Shown here: positions 26,423 to 35,593 of the stretch, piece after piece
Numbering within the stretch: the stretch's first letter is position 1
How the letters are laid out: each line of letters starts with the position of its first letter
Origin: a virus
Lineage: Duplodnaviria > Caudoviricetes
DNA: 56,839 nt
Strand: one strand, 5' to 3'
IMG/VR virus record: IMGVR_UViG_3300034088_000014
Span: 1-56,839 of that record
The notes under the pieces: generated by a model
The model's input: the letters and a program-made list of their open reading frames with translations, nothing else
What the model was told of the DNA's origin: nothing
The model's database searches: none
Translations under genes and position numbers: made by a program

Positions 26423-26839
26423 ATGGATTCGTTCAAGGAACGGCTGACGACGGCGATGGAGCGCGTCAAGTGCGACCGGGCCAAGCTCGCCAAAGAACTC
26501 GGCGTGTCAGTTCAGGCGGTCGGCGCGGTGCTGCTTGGTGATTCAAAAGCGCTGTCGGCGGCCAATACCGCCAAGGCGGCCAGATTTCTAGGCGTCGATT
26601 GGTACTGGCTGGCGACTGGCGAAGGGCAGATCGAGCCAGCAACGTCCTGGCCGGTCCGGCGTGTTCCAGTAAGGCGGTTCACGGACCTTAAGCCAGAGGA
26701 CCAAGCCTACGTTGAGGGGCAAATCAAGGCGGCCATCGAAGAGTGCGAACGTAACCCCGCCCCATCCGCCGAGCCGGACCGCTCGTACCGCCAGCCGCTT
26801 ACCGTTCCCAAAAAAAGAACGCCTCGCAAAAGCGCCTAG
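26423..26839 (+). CDS. cI: CI-like repressor (HTH_XRE, no S24 peptidase domain)
   Basis: FKERLTTAM, LAKELGVSVQAV and WLATGEG; 138 aa; no RBS, probably leaderless. Confidence 0.85.
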   Translation: MDSFKERLTTAMERVKCDRAKLAKELGVSVQAVGAVLLGDSKALSAANTAKAARFLGVDWYWLATGEGQIEPATSWPVRRVPVRRFTDLKPEDQAYVEGQIKAAIEECERNPAPSAEPDRSYRQPLTVPKKRTPRKSA

Positions 26840-26946
26840 AACCTTTTTCGCCCGTCAGAGATGACAGTTGCGCCGGCCCTGCCGCTGGGTTACATATGAC
26901 GCGGGGAGCAGTACAAACCTCACTCACTTACAGGACGGAAGAACCA

Positions 26947-27195
26947 ATGGCAGACGTATTGCGGATGGCTCCGAGACGGCCCTGTGCCGACCCGGAATTG
27001 GTAAGAGCCTTACAGGGTGCGTTGGCTGACGCGATGGCGCAGGGACCAGGCGCCCCGTGCTCCATGATCGCTGTCATGATGGATCGGCTGGGGCATGAAT
27101 ACTTGATCGTCACCGGGGCCTACCGCAAGCGCGGGAACGCCTCCAATGCGGGGTTCAAATTGCAGGCGATGGCAGCCGACTCCAGCTTCGGATGA
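26947..27195 (+). CDS. Hypothetical protein (immunity region)
   Basis: 82 aa with an RBS-like sequence. Confidence 0.55.
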   Translation: MADVLRMAPRRPCADPELVRALQGALADAMAQGPGAPCSMIAVMMDRLGHEYLIVTGAYRKRGNASNAGFKLQAMAADSSFG

Positions 27196-27239
27196 CGCAG
27201 TACCGCGCCCGGCGGGTCCGGGCTCTTACAGGAGAGCCG

Positions 27240-27566
27240 ATGCGAGCATTTCTACTGCTGCCCGCCTTGCTGGCAGCCGGGTGCGCCGGACCGCCGCGCC
27301 ACCCTTCCACGGTGAGTAACTGGGAAATCTGCGAGTACACGATGGGCGGCGGAAACAATGCCATGGTGGCGCAGAACGAGGCCCACAGACGCGGGCTGGA
27401 CTGCGCGCCATACTACGGCGCCATCGCGGCCAAGCGATCCAGCGAAGCCGCAGCCATGAACCAGGCCGCCCAATACTTCCTTGCCCCACGCGGGCCGGTG
27501 CTGCCGCGCCCGATCAACTGCCAGAGCTACCGCGTCGGCAACCGGATAGACACCGACTGCAACTGA
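27240..27566 (+). CDS. Lipoprotein, possible superinfection exclusion
   Basis: MRAFLLLPALLAAGC lipobox; downstream of cI; function inferred from position. Confidence 0.65.
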   Translation: MRAFLLLPALLAAGCAGPPRHPSTVSNWEICEYTMGGGNNAMVAQNEAHRRGLDCAPYYGAIAAKRSSEAAAMNQAAQYFLAPRGPVLPRPINCQSYRVGNRIDTDCN

Positions 27567-27584
27567 CGCTCTAGCGCCCTTCGC

Positions 27585-27609
27585 AAAGCCGCCTCCGGGC
27601 GGTTTTTTT
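27585..27609 (+). terminator. Intrinsic terminator ending the cI operon
   Basis: AAAGCCGCC-TCCG-GGCGGTTTTTTT. Confidence 0.85.
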
Positions 27610-27654
27610 GTTGCCTGCGCGGTACTACGTAGACAATTAGGTATTCGGCCTCGA

Positions 27655-27691
27655 ACAAGTATGCTTGCTTGCGGCCTGAAAGTATGCTTTA
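27655..27691 (+). promoter_or_regulatory. Left operators (pL region)
   Basis: TGAAAGTATGCTTTA (27677-27691) is the exact reverse complement of 26361-26375; ACAAGTATGCTTG at 27655. Confidence 0.75.
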
Positions 27692-27744
27692 CTCCGTGTA
27701 CTCCCTCGCGGCACCCGCTGCAGAGGTCAACCAAGGAGATAGCG

Positions 27745-28167
27745 ATGCGATTCGATACGGCCTTCAACTGTGGCGACAAGGGCTGGACGTTCACCGGCTC
27801 GCACGTCGTGCAGCGGACCATCGGCCAAATCCGCGTTGAGTACACGCACAGCGGCGGCATCGGTGACGGCTTCATGGAAGGCGGAGTCATTGCCAATGGC
27901 GGCGAGAACTACGCCCCCATGCCGCCCGAGCTGATCGAAACCTGCATGTGCGTCGAAACCGGCATTGGCTCCGGACAGGTCTTCACGCTCGGTGAATCCA
28001 TCTTCACGACCGAGGAAGGCTGCCGTACCGCGTGCGCAAAAGCGATCCAGCGCAGGGCCGAAGAGGAAGCCGCAGCCGCTCGGTGGAAGCGCGAAGAGGC
28101 GTTGCGCGAAGAGGCTGGGCTGCGTCGGCGTCTAGCCGAAATCGAGCGCCTGAAGGCCGCCGCCTAA
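27745..28167 (+). CDS. Hypothetical early protein
   Basis: AAGGAG RBS, 140 aa. Confidence 0.7.
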   Translation: MRFDTAFNCGDKGWTFTGSHVVQRTIGQIRVEYTHSGGIGDGFMEGGVIANGGENYAPMPPELIETCMCVETGIGSGQVFTLGESIFTTEEGCRTACAKAIQRRAEEEAAAARWKREEALREEAGLRRRLAEIERLKAAA

Positions 28168-28215
28168 CCCCCTTATATCGCGGCACCCGCCGAGAGGAAA
28201 CGACAGGAGAAGCAG

Positions 28216-28749
28216 ATGACGGACGACAAGCACCACCCGGCCTACTTCATGGTGTTCGATGTGGAGTCCATCGGCCTACACGGCGAAGCCTTCGCGGTCG
28301 GCTATGTCGTGGTCAACCGCCTCGGCGCAAAGATGGCAGAGGGCACGCTCGCGTGCGACCCGACGCAAGCCCGTGGCACCGACGAAGACCGCGCATGGGT
28401 TCAGGAAAACATCCCCGCGCTGCCTCCGACGCAGATGCAGCCCTACGGCGTTCGCAATCACTTCTGGCAACGCTGGCTTGAGTGGAGGGAGCAAGGCGCC
28501 GTGCTCGTCGCGGACTGCGCGTGGCCCGTCGAGGCGCGTTTCCTTGCCGCCTGCGTGGATGACGCCAAAGCCGAGCGGAATTGGGAAGGCCCGTGCCCGC
28601 TGCATGACCTCGCATCGGTCCTGCTCGCACTTGGCCGCGACCCGCTGGCGACGAATGAACGCCTTCCCGACGAACTGCCGGCGCATCACCCGCTGAACGA
28701 CGCACGCCAATCTGCGCGCCTGCTGATTGACGCGCTCGCCGCCGCCTGA
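28216..28749 (+). CDS. DEDDh 3'-5' exonuclease family protein
   Basis: FDVES, LHDL and AHHPLNDAR motifs. Confidence 0.75.
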   Translation: MTDDKHHPAYFMVFDVESIGLHGEAFAVGYVVVNRLGAKMAEGTLACDPTQARGTDEDRAWVQENIPALPPTQMQPYGVRNHFWQRWLEWREQGAVLVADCAWPVEARFLAACVDDAKAERNWEGPCPLHDLASVLLALGRDPLATNERLPDELPAHHPLNDARQSARLLIDALAAA

Positions 28750-28768
28750 CCCGACTACAGGAGAACGC

Positions 28769-29020
28769 ATGAATACCGAACAGCCGAAGTCCGAGAGGGT
28801 TGCGCCGAATGTGCCGACGGAGGCGCCGAGACAAATCACGCAGTTGACGCTGGGTGAGCTGTGGCTGCTCCGGGACCGCTCAACGGACATGACCGGGCAG
28901 TACGAACTAGCCATCCAGTTGCTGTTCGCTCGCAAGAATGGCCTGCCGTTGACCAACGAGCAGAACGCGGACCTGGACGCATTTGTGGCGCAACCCGCTG
29001 CTGGCGTTTCGCAATCGTGA
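28769..29020 (+). CDS. Hypothetical protein
   Basis: AGGAG RBS; ends AAGVSQS. Confidence 0.6.
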   Translation: MNTEQPKSERVAPNVPTEAPRQITQLTLGELWLLRDRSTDMTGQYELAIQLLFARKNGLPLTNEQNADLDAFVAQPAAGVSQS

Positions 29021-29107
29021 AGGCTCTCGACTACCTGCTGGCCGTGGCGATTGGCGTTTTGATGGCCGCCGCTGCGGTTGCTTGGTCTGTTTGTGAGAGG
29101 TGCTGAT

Positions 29108-29530
29108 ATGAGCAACGTCGTGAACATTGGCGATGTGCGGCTCACCCGTCAGCAGCGCACCTACAGCCGTGCGACTGAGTGCGAGCACCTGCACCTGACG
29201 CTGGATGAAAACGGCGGCGTCGTTGAATGCGACGACTGCAAGAAAACGCTGTCTGCGTATTGGGCGCTGACGATGCTGGCAGAGCGCTACGGCAAGGCGT
29301 TTGACAAGGTGTTGCAAGGCCACCAGCGCCTTGAAGAAGCCAAGGCCAAGGACATCAGCCTGCTGGCCGCGCAGAAGGTGGAACGGGCGTGGCGCTCCCG
29401 CTCGATGGTGCCAACCTGCCCCCATTGCCACGAAGCGATTTTTCCGCAGGACGGGTTCGGCGGGTCCGCTACCAATCGTGAGATGGCGCTGCGTCGCCGC
29501 GCGATAGCAACTGAAGGAGCAACGGCATGA
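29108..29530 (+). CDS. Hypothetical Zn-binding phage protein
   Basis: CEH, CDDC and CPHC motifs. Confidence 0.7.
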   Translation: MSNVVNIGDVRLTRQQRTYSRATECEHLHLTLDENGGVVECDDCKKTLSAYWALTMLAERYGKAFDKVLQGHQRLEEAKAKDISLLAAQKVERAWRSRSMVPTCPHCHEAIFPQDGFGGSATNREMALRRRAIATEGATA

Positions 29531-30231
29531 GCGCTGTACACGTTTGTCCAGACCACGACGCCGCGTGCGCAGAGGTGCCTGTCGGCTTGCGGTGCTCTCG
29601 CTGTCCTGAGGCAAGCGTCAACGTCGGAACCGGCCTTGACCGCCTCGCATTCCTGTCGAAGCTCTCTCCGGAGGACTTGCTTGAGGAACTGCTCGCCACG
29701 ATCCACGGCGACGGCGGGCACTACTCCGATGCACACGGACTCGCCAAAGCTACAGCCGATGCAGAAGACAAGTGGCACGCCGCTGCTCTCTCTCGCTTGC
29801 GCGATACACAGAGAGTGCTGGTAGAAGCGCTGCGGGAACTGCGCAACGCGATGAACTTCCGGTATGCCGCCGTCACATCCCAGGCTGGTTTCAGCCGGAT
29901 CATGGCCGCAGATCAAGCGGTATGGGACGCCGAGGCTAAAGCCGACCGCGCCCTTGCGTCAGTCGAGCAGCAGTCGCCGTGTACCGCTTGCGGCCTGCCG
30001 GTGCCAGAGGACAACTCCTGTCCGACCTGCCAACAGCCGGATTCCGTCCATTTGACCCCGGCTGGCGACGAAGAGGTCACAGCGCGGGAGGGTGCGCTGA
30101 TCGCGCTGCTTCGGCAGGCGGGCGAGGCGCTGCGGACGGCGCAGAGCGAGATGCGCGACTGGTACATCGAACACCCAGCCATGAAGGAAATCATGGCCGC
30201 CAGCGACGCCATTAGCGAGGAACTGAAATGA
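29527..30231 (+). CDS. Hypothetical mosaic protein
   Basis: 234 aa, ATGA-coupled, Cys clusters, LLATIHGDGGHY. Confidence 0.6.
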   Translation: MSAVHVCPDHDAACAEVPVGLRCSRCPEASVNVGTGLDRLAFLSKLSPEDLLEELLATIHGDGGHYSDAHGLAKATADAEDKWHAAALSRLRDTQRVLVEALRELRNAMNFRYAAVTSQAGFSRIMAADQAVWDAEAKADRALASVEQQSPCTACGLPVPEDNSCPTCQQPDSVHLTPAGDEEVTAREGALIALLRQAGEALRTAQSEMRDWYIEHPAMKEIMAASDAISEELK

Positions 30232-30440
30232 ACGCGCCCATCTACACGTGCCTCAACTGCCAAGACCTGCGCTGGGTTTGTGAGAGCCACGAACACCGGC
30301 CGTGGGACCCGGACGGCAATCAATGCTGCGGTGGACCCGGGATGCCGTGCCCAATGTGCAATCCGTTCGACCGCGAGAACGAACCAGTGTGGCCGTCCAA
30401 CTGGACGCCGGACGCCGCCATGCAGGAGCCCAAGCCATGA
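30228..30440 (+). CDS. Small Cys-rich protein
   Basis: CLNC, VCESH, CCGGPGMPCPMCN. Confidence 0.65.
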   Translation: MNAPIYTCLNCQDLRWVCESHEHRPWDPDGNQCCGGPGMPCPMCNPFDRENEPVWPSNWTPDAAMQEPKP

Positions 30441-30658
30441 CGCTCGAACAGTTCGCAAAGAAGGCGGGTATCTCGCTTGTCCCGTGCGATGCCAAACAGT
30501 GGGGCGGCGGCATCGCCTACCAATCGAAGGACACGCCCAACATCATGACGTGCGGCTTTCGCACCGAGCGGGCGGCGTACAGGCATTGGCTGACGAATGC
30601 GTTCGGCCCGCAACTCGCAAAGGCTGTGCAGACGCTGTTGAAGGAGCCCAAGCCATGA
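30437..30658 (+). CDS. Hypothetical protein flanked by 17-bp direct repeats
   Basis: AGGAGCCCAAGCCATGA at both ends. Confidence 0.6.
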   Translation: MTLEQFAKKAGISLVPCDAKQWGGGIAYQSKDTPNIMTCGFRTERAAYRHWLTNAFGPQLAKAVQTLLKEPKP

Positions 30659-30906
30659 GCCTGCACTCTCTTCGCGCTGCTGCTGCGATGCGCTCAGCGC
30701 AGGCCCGCTATGACGCTATGACGCCTCCCGATGCCGGCATCAGCGAGTGCGCCGAATGCGGCGGTTCTAGACGCTCTGCGAAGGACGGCAGTCAGTGCGT
30801 GTTCTGCGCAGGTTTCGGCGAAGTCGATGAGGACGGATTCCCGTTTGACCGCAAGCAGGCCGAGCGGGATCGGGATGAGTATTTGGCTGACAGGTGGGGC
30901 GAATGA
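30655..30906 (+). CDS. Hypothetical protein with DnaJ-type Zn motifs
   Basis: AQARYDAMTPP, CAECGG and CVFCAGFG. Confidence 0.6.
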   Translation: MSLHSLRAAAAMRSAQARYDAMTPPDAGISECAECGGSRRSAKDGSQCVFCAGFGEVDEDGFPFDRKQAERDRDEYLADRWGE

Positions 30907-31060
30907 TTCGCGTTGATCTCTCCGGATTGCGCCCGGTGCTGGACCTGTGGCGACTGGCTTACTACCGCGCTGCCCGCGACAACTTGCAGCGCACGGACCC
31001 CTGCCATCCGGATTTGCCGGAGATCGTCATGGAGATCAACCGACTTGAAAGGAGTGCGCG

Positions 31061-31543
31061 ATGAGCGCAACAACGAAGACCGGCGCTCGCATCGGGCGGC
31101 CCCCAGTCCACGGGATGACCATGACTCCAACATGGAAGACGTGGCTTTCGATGCGACAGCGCTGCCAACAGGAATACATCAAGGCATACCCAAGGTACGG
31201 CGGTCGCGGCATCAAGGTGTGCGAACGATGGGAGTCGTTTGAAAACTTCCTGGCCGATATGGGCGAGCGCCCGGCCGAGACGTCGCTCGACCGCATCAAC
31301 AACGACGGGGATTACGAGCCCGGGAACTGCATATGGGCGACGCGGGAGCAGCAGAACGCAAACCGCCGCGTAAGCGTTTGGCTCGAATTCAATGGAGAGC
31401 GCCTTACGGTGGCCCAGTGGGCGAAACGGGTTGGGCTGAACTACACGACGTTGTGGCGCCGCGTAAGGGCCGGATGGAGCCACGAACTCGCCCTTTCGAC
31501 TCCGATGGATTCTCGTTTCAGCCATCCAAGGAGCAGCGCATGA
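31061..31543 (+). CDS. HNH homing endonuclease (paralog of 23294-23962)
   Basis: YGGRGIKVCERWESF and DRINNDGDYEPGNCIWAT. Confidence 0.85.
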   Translation: MSATTKTGARIGRPPVHGMTMTPTWKTWLSMRQRCQQEYIKAYPRYGGRGIKVCERWESFENFLADMGERPAETSLDRINNDGDYEPGNCIWATREQQNANRRVSVWLEFNGERLTVAQWAKRVGLNYTTLWRRVRAGWSHELALSTPMDSRFSHPRSSA

Positions 31544-31631
31544 GCCTTCACCCGGCCGCGCCGTATTGGGGCCATGCCGCCATTCGTCGCGCAGAGCTGC
31601 GCTCCCCTTCCCGTCCTCACCGGAGGCTTTC

Positions 31632-32087
31632 ATGAGAGCCGTCAAGCGCTGGCGCTACTACTGCGAATTCTGCCCGAAGGCGGGCAACTCCGGCCACCAC
31701 ATGAAGCGGCACGAAAGCGGCTGCACGCTCAACCCGGATCGCGTGTGCAAGCACTGCGCGAAGCTGGGCAACAAGACGGTCCCGATGGCCAATCTGCTGG
31801 CGCTGCTGCCGGACCCGGCGCAGTTCGTCATCCACCACCCGGCCGAGCCCGGCGAGTTCGGCTACGACGCCTACGACGCGCCGGACGACGAGGCGCTGAA
31901 CAGCGCTGTCGGCGCGGCCCTGCCGAAGCTGCGCGAGCTGATCGACAACTGCCCGACTTGCATCCTCGCGGCGTTGCGCCAGAAGGGCATCCCGGTGCCG
32001 GCCATCGACGGCTTCAACTACTCGGAAGAACTCAAAGAATTCTGGGCCGGCTACAACGACTCGCGGCCCGAAAGCTACCCCTACTAG
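31632..32087 (+). CDS. Hypothetical Zn-finger protein
   Basis: YYCEFC, HESGCTLNP and CPTCILAALRQ. Confidence 0.7.
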   Translation: MRAVKRWRYYCEFCPKAGNSGHHMKRHESGCTLNPDRVCKHCAKLGNKTVPMANLLALLPDPAQFVIHHPAEPGEFGYDAYDAPDDEALNSAVGAALPKLRELIDNCPTCILAALRQKGIPVPAIDGFNYSEELKEFWAGYNDSRPESYPY

Positions 32088-32096
32088 GAGCCAGCT

Positions 32097-32318
32097 ATGA
32101 CCGAATGCTGCAACCACAACTGCAATGAAGGCCGCGATTGCCCGCAGCGCCGCGCCCTCCCCATCGCCGGCCGCGAGCCTTTCGACTGGCAACTGCTGGT
32201 GATCTGGATCGCTGTTGCCGTCGCCTTCGGAGCCGTGGCGGCAATGAGCTTTGGCCCGCAGATCGCGGAACTGATCGATTACCTCTGGCCGAGGCTGGTT
32301 GTCGCGGCTAGCTTTTAA
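32097..32318 (+). CDS. Small membrane protein
   Basis: CCNHNCNEGRDCP plus one TM segment. Confidence 0.65.
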   Translation: MTECCNHNCNEGRDCPQRRALPIAGREPFDWQLLVIWIAVAVAFGAVAAMSFGPQIAELIDYLWPRLVVAASF

Positions 32319-32328
32319 GGAGAGACAC

Positions 32329-32610
32329 ATGAAAGTCACTATTTCCGGACTTGTTCACGAAGTCGATTGGGGCGACGGCAAGAAGGAATATCGCCTCTTC
32401 GGCTGCGACATGACCGACAACTACTACACCGCCATTTGCCAGGCCGATGTGGAGGTCGAGATACCCGACAACTTCGACCCGCGCCCGCAGAAGATCGCCA
32501 AGCTGCGCGAGAAGGAGCGTGCGCTGCGCGCCGAGTTCGCCAAGAGCGTGACCGAGATTCAGGCGCGTATCGCGGAGCTGTCGGCCATCGAATACGTGCA
32601 GGAGCTGTGA
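32329..32610 (+). CDS. Hypothetical protein
   Basis: TAAGGAG RBS; C-terminal coiled coil. Confidence 0.7.
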   Translation: MKVTISGLVHEVDWGDGKKEYRLFGCDMTDNYYTAICQADVEVEIPDNFDPRPQKIAKLREKERALRAEFAKSVTEIQARIAELSAIEYVQEL

Positions 32611-32885
32611 TGCGCGCCACCATTGACTACAAGGGCGTTCCGCTCGTCTGCGAGTTCTCGTACTACGCAGGCTGTGGCGGCACGCGAGAAACGCCGCCAG
32701 AGCCGGAAATGGCCGAGCTTGCCAGCGTCAAGGCCGGGGCCGTCGAAATCATCGACGTATTCAACGAGGACCAACTCTTTGAGATTGGTGACGCCTGCCT
32801 CGAGTGGTATCGCGACGACCGCGCATACCAGATGACAGAGCACGCCGACATGCTGCGCGAGGAACGCGCGCTGGGCAACACCTGA
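32610..32885 (+). CDS. Hypothetical acidic protein
   Basis: GTRETPPEPE motif; TGATG overlap. Confidence 0.65.
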   Translation: MRATIDYKGVPLVCEFSYYAGCGGTRETPPEPEMAELASVKAGAVEIIDVFNEDQLFEIGDACLEWYRDDRAYQMTEHADMLREERALGNT

Positions 32886-32897
32886 CCGGAGAACCAC

Positions 32898-33422
32898 ATG
32901 ACCGCCACCGACAAGACACATTACCGGAAAGCCTTTGACAGCCCCTACCTGTCCAGCGCCGACATCGTTGAGCCCACGGTCCTGACCGTCAAGTGCGTCC
33001 GGCTGGAAATCGACCGCACGAAGAAGACGAAAGACCTGTTCAACACGGCGTATTTCGTGGAAAGGGAAATCCGGCCCGGCGAGCAACTGAAGCCGATGAT
33101 CCTCAACGCCACGAACAGCAAGACCATGAAGGGGCTGACCGGCTCGGCCTTCATCGATGACTGGAACAACGTCCGCATCACGATCTACGTTGACGGCTCG
33201 GTGCGGTTCGGCAAGGAAACCGTCGAGGGGTTGCGCATCAGCCCGCACGCGCCGGAAGCGGTAAAGAAGACGCTCACGCCGACGATGGTGAAGGCGTGGG
33301 AGAACGCCAAGGCAGCATACAAACGCGACGGCAACCTTGACGGGGTGCTGTCCCGCGTGGATATGTCGGCCGAGCACCAGCAGCAACTGAAGGCGGAATG
33401 CAATGAAGCTGCCGCCGCCTAA
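32898..33422 (+). CDS. Putative ssDNA-binding/annealing partner of the exonuclease
   Basis: 174 aa (SPYLSSADI, KPMILNATN, GLRI) overlapping the YqaJ gene; function inferred from synteny. Confidence 0.55.
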   Translation: MTATDKTHYRKAFDSPYLSSADIVEPTVLTVKCVRLEIDRTKKTKDLFNTAYFVEREIRPGEQLKPMILNATNSKTMKGLTGSAFIDDWNNVRITIYVDGSVRFGKETVEGLRISPHAPEAVKKTLTPTMVKAWENAKAAYKRDGNLDGVLSRVDMSAEHQQQLKAECNEAAAA

Positions 33423-34047
33423 GTTCTACGACGTTCCGCAGAACAGCGACGAATGGATGGAGCTTCGCCTCGGCAAGCCTACGTGCTCCATGTTCGGGAC
33501 GTTCATGGCGAACCTTGGCAAAGACTTTGGCGACCCGGCCAAGCGTGAGGCGCTGCGGATCGCTCTGGAGCGGTTGACCGGCAAGAAGGCCGAGCACAGC
33601 TTTTCCAACGAGCACACCGAGCGCGGACACGAACAGGAGCCGGTCGCAAAGATGCTGTACGCGGAAGAGCACTTCTGCGATGTGCTCAACGGCGGGTTCT
33701 TCGACTGCGTGACGCACGGGGATTCACCGGACGGACGGGTCGGGGATTCCGGCGTGATCGAAATCAAGTCCGTGATCGCCTCAACCCACTACGCGAACAT
33801 GCAGCGCGGCGGATACGACCCGGCCTACAAGTGGCAGCTTATCGGGCATCTGGACTGCACCGGCCGGGAGTGGGTTGACTTCGTGAGCTATTGCAGCGAC
33901 TTCCCGCGCGAGTCTCAGCTTTGCGTCTACCGGCTGCACCGGGAAGACTGCGAGCAGGAAATCAAGATGCTCAACGAGCGCCGCGCTGTTTTCCTCGAAC
34001 TGGTAGACAAGACCGTGAAAACCATCAGCGAAAGGATCGCCGCCTGA
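33403..34047 (+). CDS. YqaJ / lambda exonuclease family protein
   Basis: QNSDEWMELRLG, RGHEQEP, SPDG, IEIKS, YKWQ and DFVSY. Confidence 0.9.
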   Translation: MKLPPPKFYDVPQNSDEWMELRLGKPTCSMFGTFMANLGKDFGDPAKREALRIALERLTGKKAEHSFSNEHTERGHEQEPVAKMLYAEEHFCDVLNGGFFDCVTHGDSPDGRVGDSGVIEIKSVIASTHYANMQRGGYDPAYKWQLIGHLDCTGREWVDFVSYCSDFPRESQLCVYRLHREDCEQEIKMLNERRAVFLELVDKTVKTISERIAA

Positions 34048-34325
34048 TGCCCGCCTCCGTCCTACTCATGCCCGAAGCCGTCAAGGCGGTGCAACTGTAC
34101 GAGCAGGGATATGGCACGCCATCCATAGCCCAAGCGCTCGGACGCTCGCGCAAAGCGGTGCGTACCGGGCTGCGTCACATGGGGGTGCCGGCCAGAACCA
34201 GCGCAGAAGGTGTGCGCGCCTGGCTTGCGCTGCGCGAGGCGGCACTCCCCCCTCCCCCCGAGCCGGTCAAGCCGTACTGGCCTTTTCCAGTGAAGCCGAT
34301 AGAGCCGACACAGGAGCAGAAATGA
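34047..34325 (+). CDS. HTH-containing hypothetical protein
   Basis: LYEQGYGTPSIAQALGRSRKAVR. Confidence 0.6.
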   Translation: MPASVLLMPEAVKAVQLYEQGYGTPSIAQALGRSRKAVRTGLRHMGVPARTSAEGVRAWLALREAALPPPPEPVKPYWPFPVKPIEPTQEQK

Positions 34326-34562
34326 CGAACGAACTCCACATCACCCGTTACCAGTGTGCGACCTGTGGCACCGTTTACGACACCGAGAGCCAGGCCGCCG
34401 CGTGCGAGGCTCGGCCGATCCAGCCGCCACTGCGCGTGCATCGAATGCCGCGCCTACTTCAAGGACGAGCCATGCACCCGTGGCGTGCCGGTATCGAATG
34501 GCCGGGTTCGGGAAGTGCGCCCCCATGGCGCGGCACCGACTGACGGAGGGAAGCCGCAATGA
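34322..34562 (+). pseudogene. Frameshifted or chimeric Zn-finger ORF
   Basis: YQCATCG-ACEARPI in one frame continues as SRHCACIEC-DGGKPQ in the +1 frame near 34421. Confidence 0.45.
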
Positions 34563-34795
34563 AGCAAGACGACGCCGACGCATGGCACGGCCAGATGATG
34601 GACTTGCAGGCCGACTTGGCCAAGCGCGCCGTGGATGAAGTCAACCGGCTGCGCAAGCGTGTCCGAGAACTGGAGGCGCAGATCGCCGCCGGCCCCGTCA
34701 CCGCCTACGAACTCCAAGAGCGGATAACCATGTTGGAACTGGAGCTTGCCAAGCTGCGCGCGGCTGGCGTGGGAGGACCGGACCATGGCCGTTGA
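34559..34795 (+). CDS. Cassette ORF, coiled-coil hypothetical
   Basis: Ends AAGVGGPDHGR. Confidence 0.65.
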   Translation: MKQDDADAWHGQMMDLQADLAKRAVDEVNRLRKRVRELEAQIAAGPVTAYELQERITMLELELAKLRAAGVGGPDHGR

Positions 34796-34994
34796 CGAGC
34801 AATACGCGCAATCGCTGCGCCGGCTGGGCCAGTTAGAGCGTGAGCGCGACGAGCTGCGCGCCCTGTGGCTCGAATGGCTGGACGGGATGTACGACGGCCG
34901 CGACCTGCTGCGCCGCGTGAAGCTGGCCGTGCATGGCCCGCTGCGCAAGCCAGGCGCCCGTGGCGTGGACTTACCTGATGGGAGCAAGCGATGA
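34785..34994 (+). CDS. Cassette ORF, hypothetical
   Basis: Ends ARGVDLPDGSKR. Confidence 0.6.
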   Translation: MAVDEQYAQSLRRLGQLERERDELRALWLEWLDGMYDGRDLLRRVKLAVHGPLRKPGARGVDLPDGSKR

Positions 34995-35146
34995 CTTGGC
35001 TTCTTCTGGCTGCATACATGGGCCACACCTACTACTTCGGCAAGTATGAAACGCCGCAGCAATGTCAGGCACAGGTTGCCGCACGGGTGAGTACCTGCCC
35101 AACATGCCGCATCGAATGGCGGTGCGAACCGAAGGGGAAGACATGA
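34991..35146 (+). CDS. Small exported/membrane Cys protein
   Basis: MTWLLLAAYMGHTYYFGKYETPQQCQAQ (51 aa); followed by an 18-aa mini-ORF MKHDSGVRELDGEQKNGR at 35143-35199. Confidence 0.55.
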   Translation: MTWLLLAAYMGHTYYFGKYETPQQCQAQVAARVSTCPTCRIEWRCEPKGKT

Positions 35147-35188
35147 AACACGATTCTGGCGTGCGGGAACTTGACGGAGAGCAGAAGA

Positions 35189-35593
35189 ATGGACGCTGAT
35201 CGCGTGGCGCAGCGCGCCCTTGAACTGCACGAGAAGGCAAGCATGCCGCTGGCCGAAGCGCTGGCGCTTGCCTTGCGCGAAGCCGCGCCGGGTCCGATCT
35301 GGCCCATCGCGCGCCTGTTCATCGACTCGGGCGGGAACGTCTGCGGCGCCTCGCGCCTCTACGCGCCGGGCTTGCCGGAGGGAGAGCACGACGTCTACCC
35401 GTTGCCCGTGGACGCAGCCGCCGCGCCCATTGCTGGCGTGCAGCCGTCACAAGCGCCGAGCCAGGGCGATCTGGACGAAGTACGAAAGCACCTTCATGAA
35501 CTGAAGCAGGACCACTACATCGCCATCGAGCGCATCGAGAAACTGCTGCGCCCTGCTGGCGTGGACCCGGTTGACGGAGGACAGCAGGGATGA
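35189..35593 (+). CDS. Cassette ORF, apparent fusion of two units
   Basis: Internal in-frame AGV (35434) and terminal PAGVDPVDGGQQG. Confidence 0.65.
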   Translation: MDADRVAQRALELHEKASMPLAEALALALREAAPGPIWPIARLFIDSGGNVCGASRLYAPGLPEGEHDVYPLPVDAAAAPIAGVQPSQAPSQGDLDEVRKHLHELKQDHYIAIERIEKLLRPAGVDPVDGGQQG

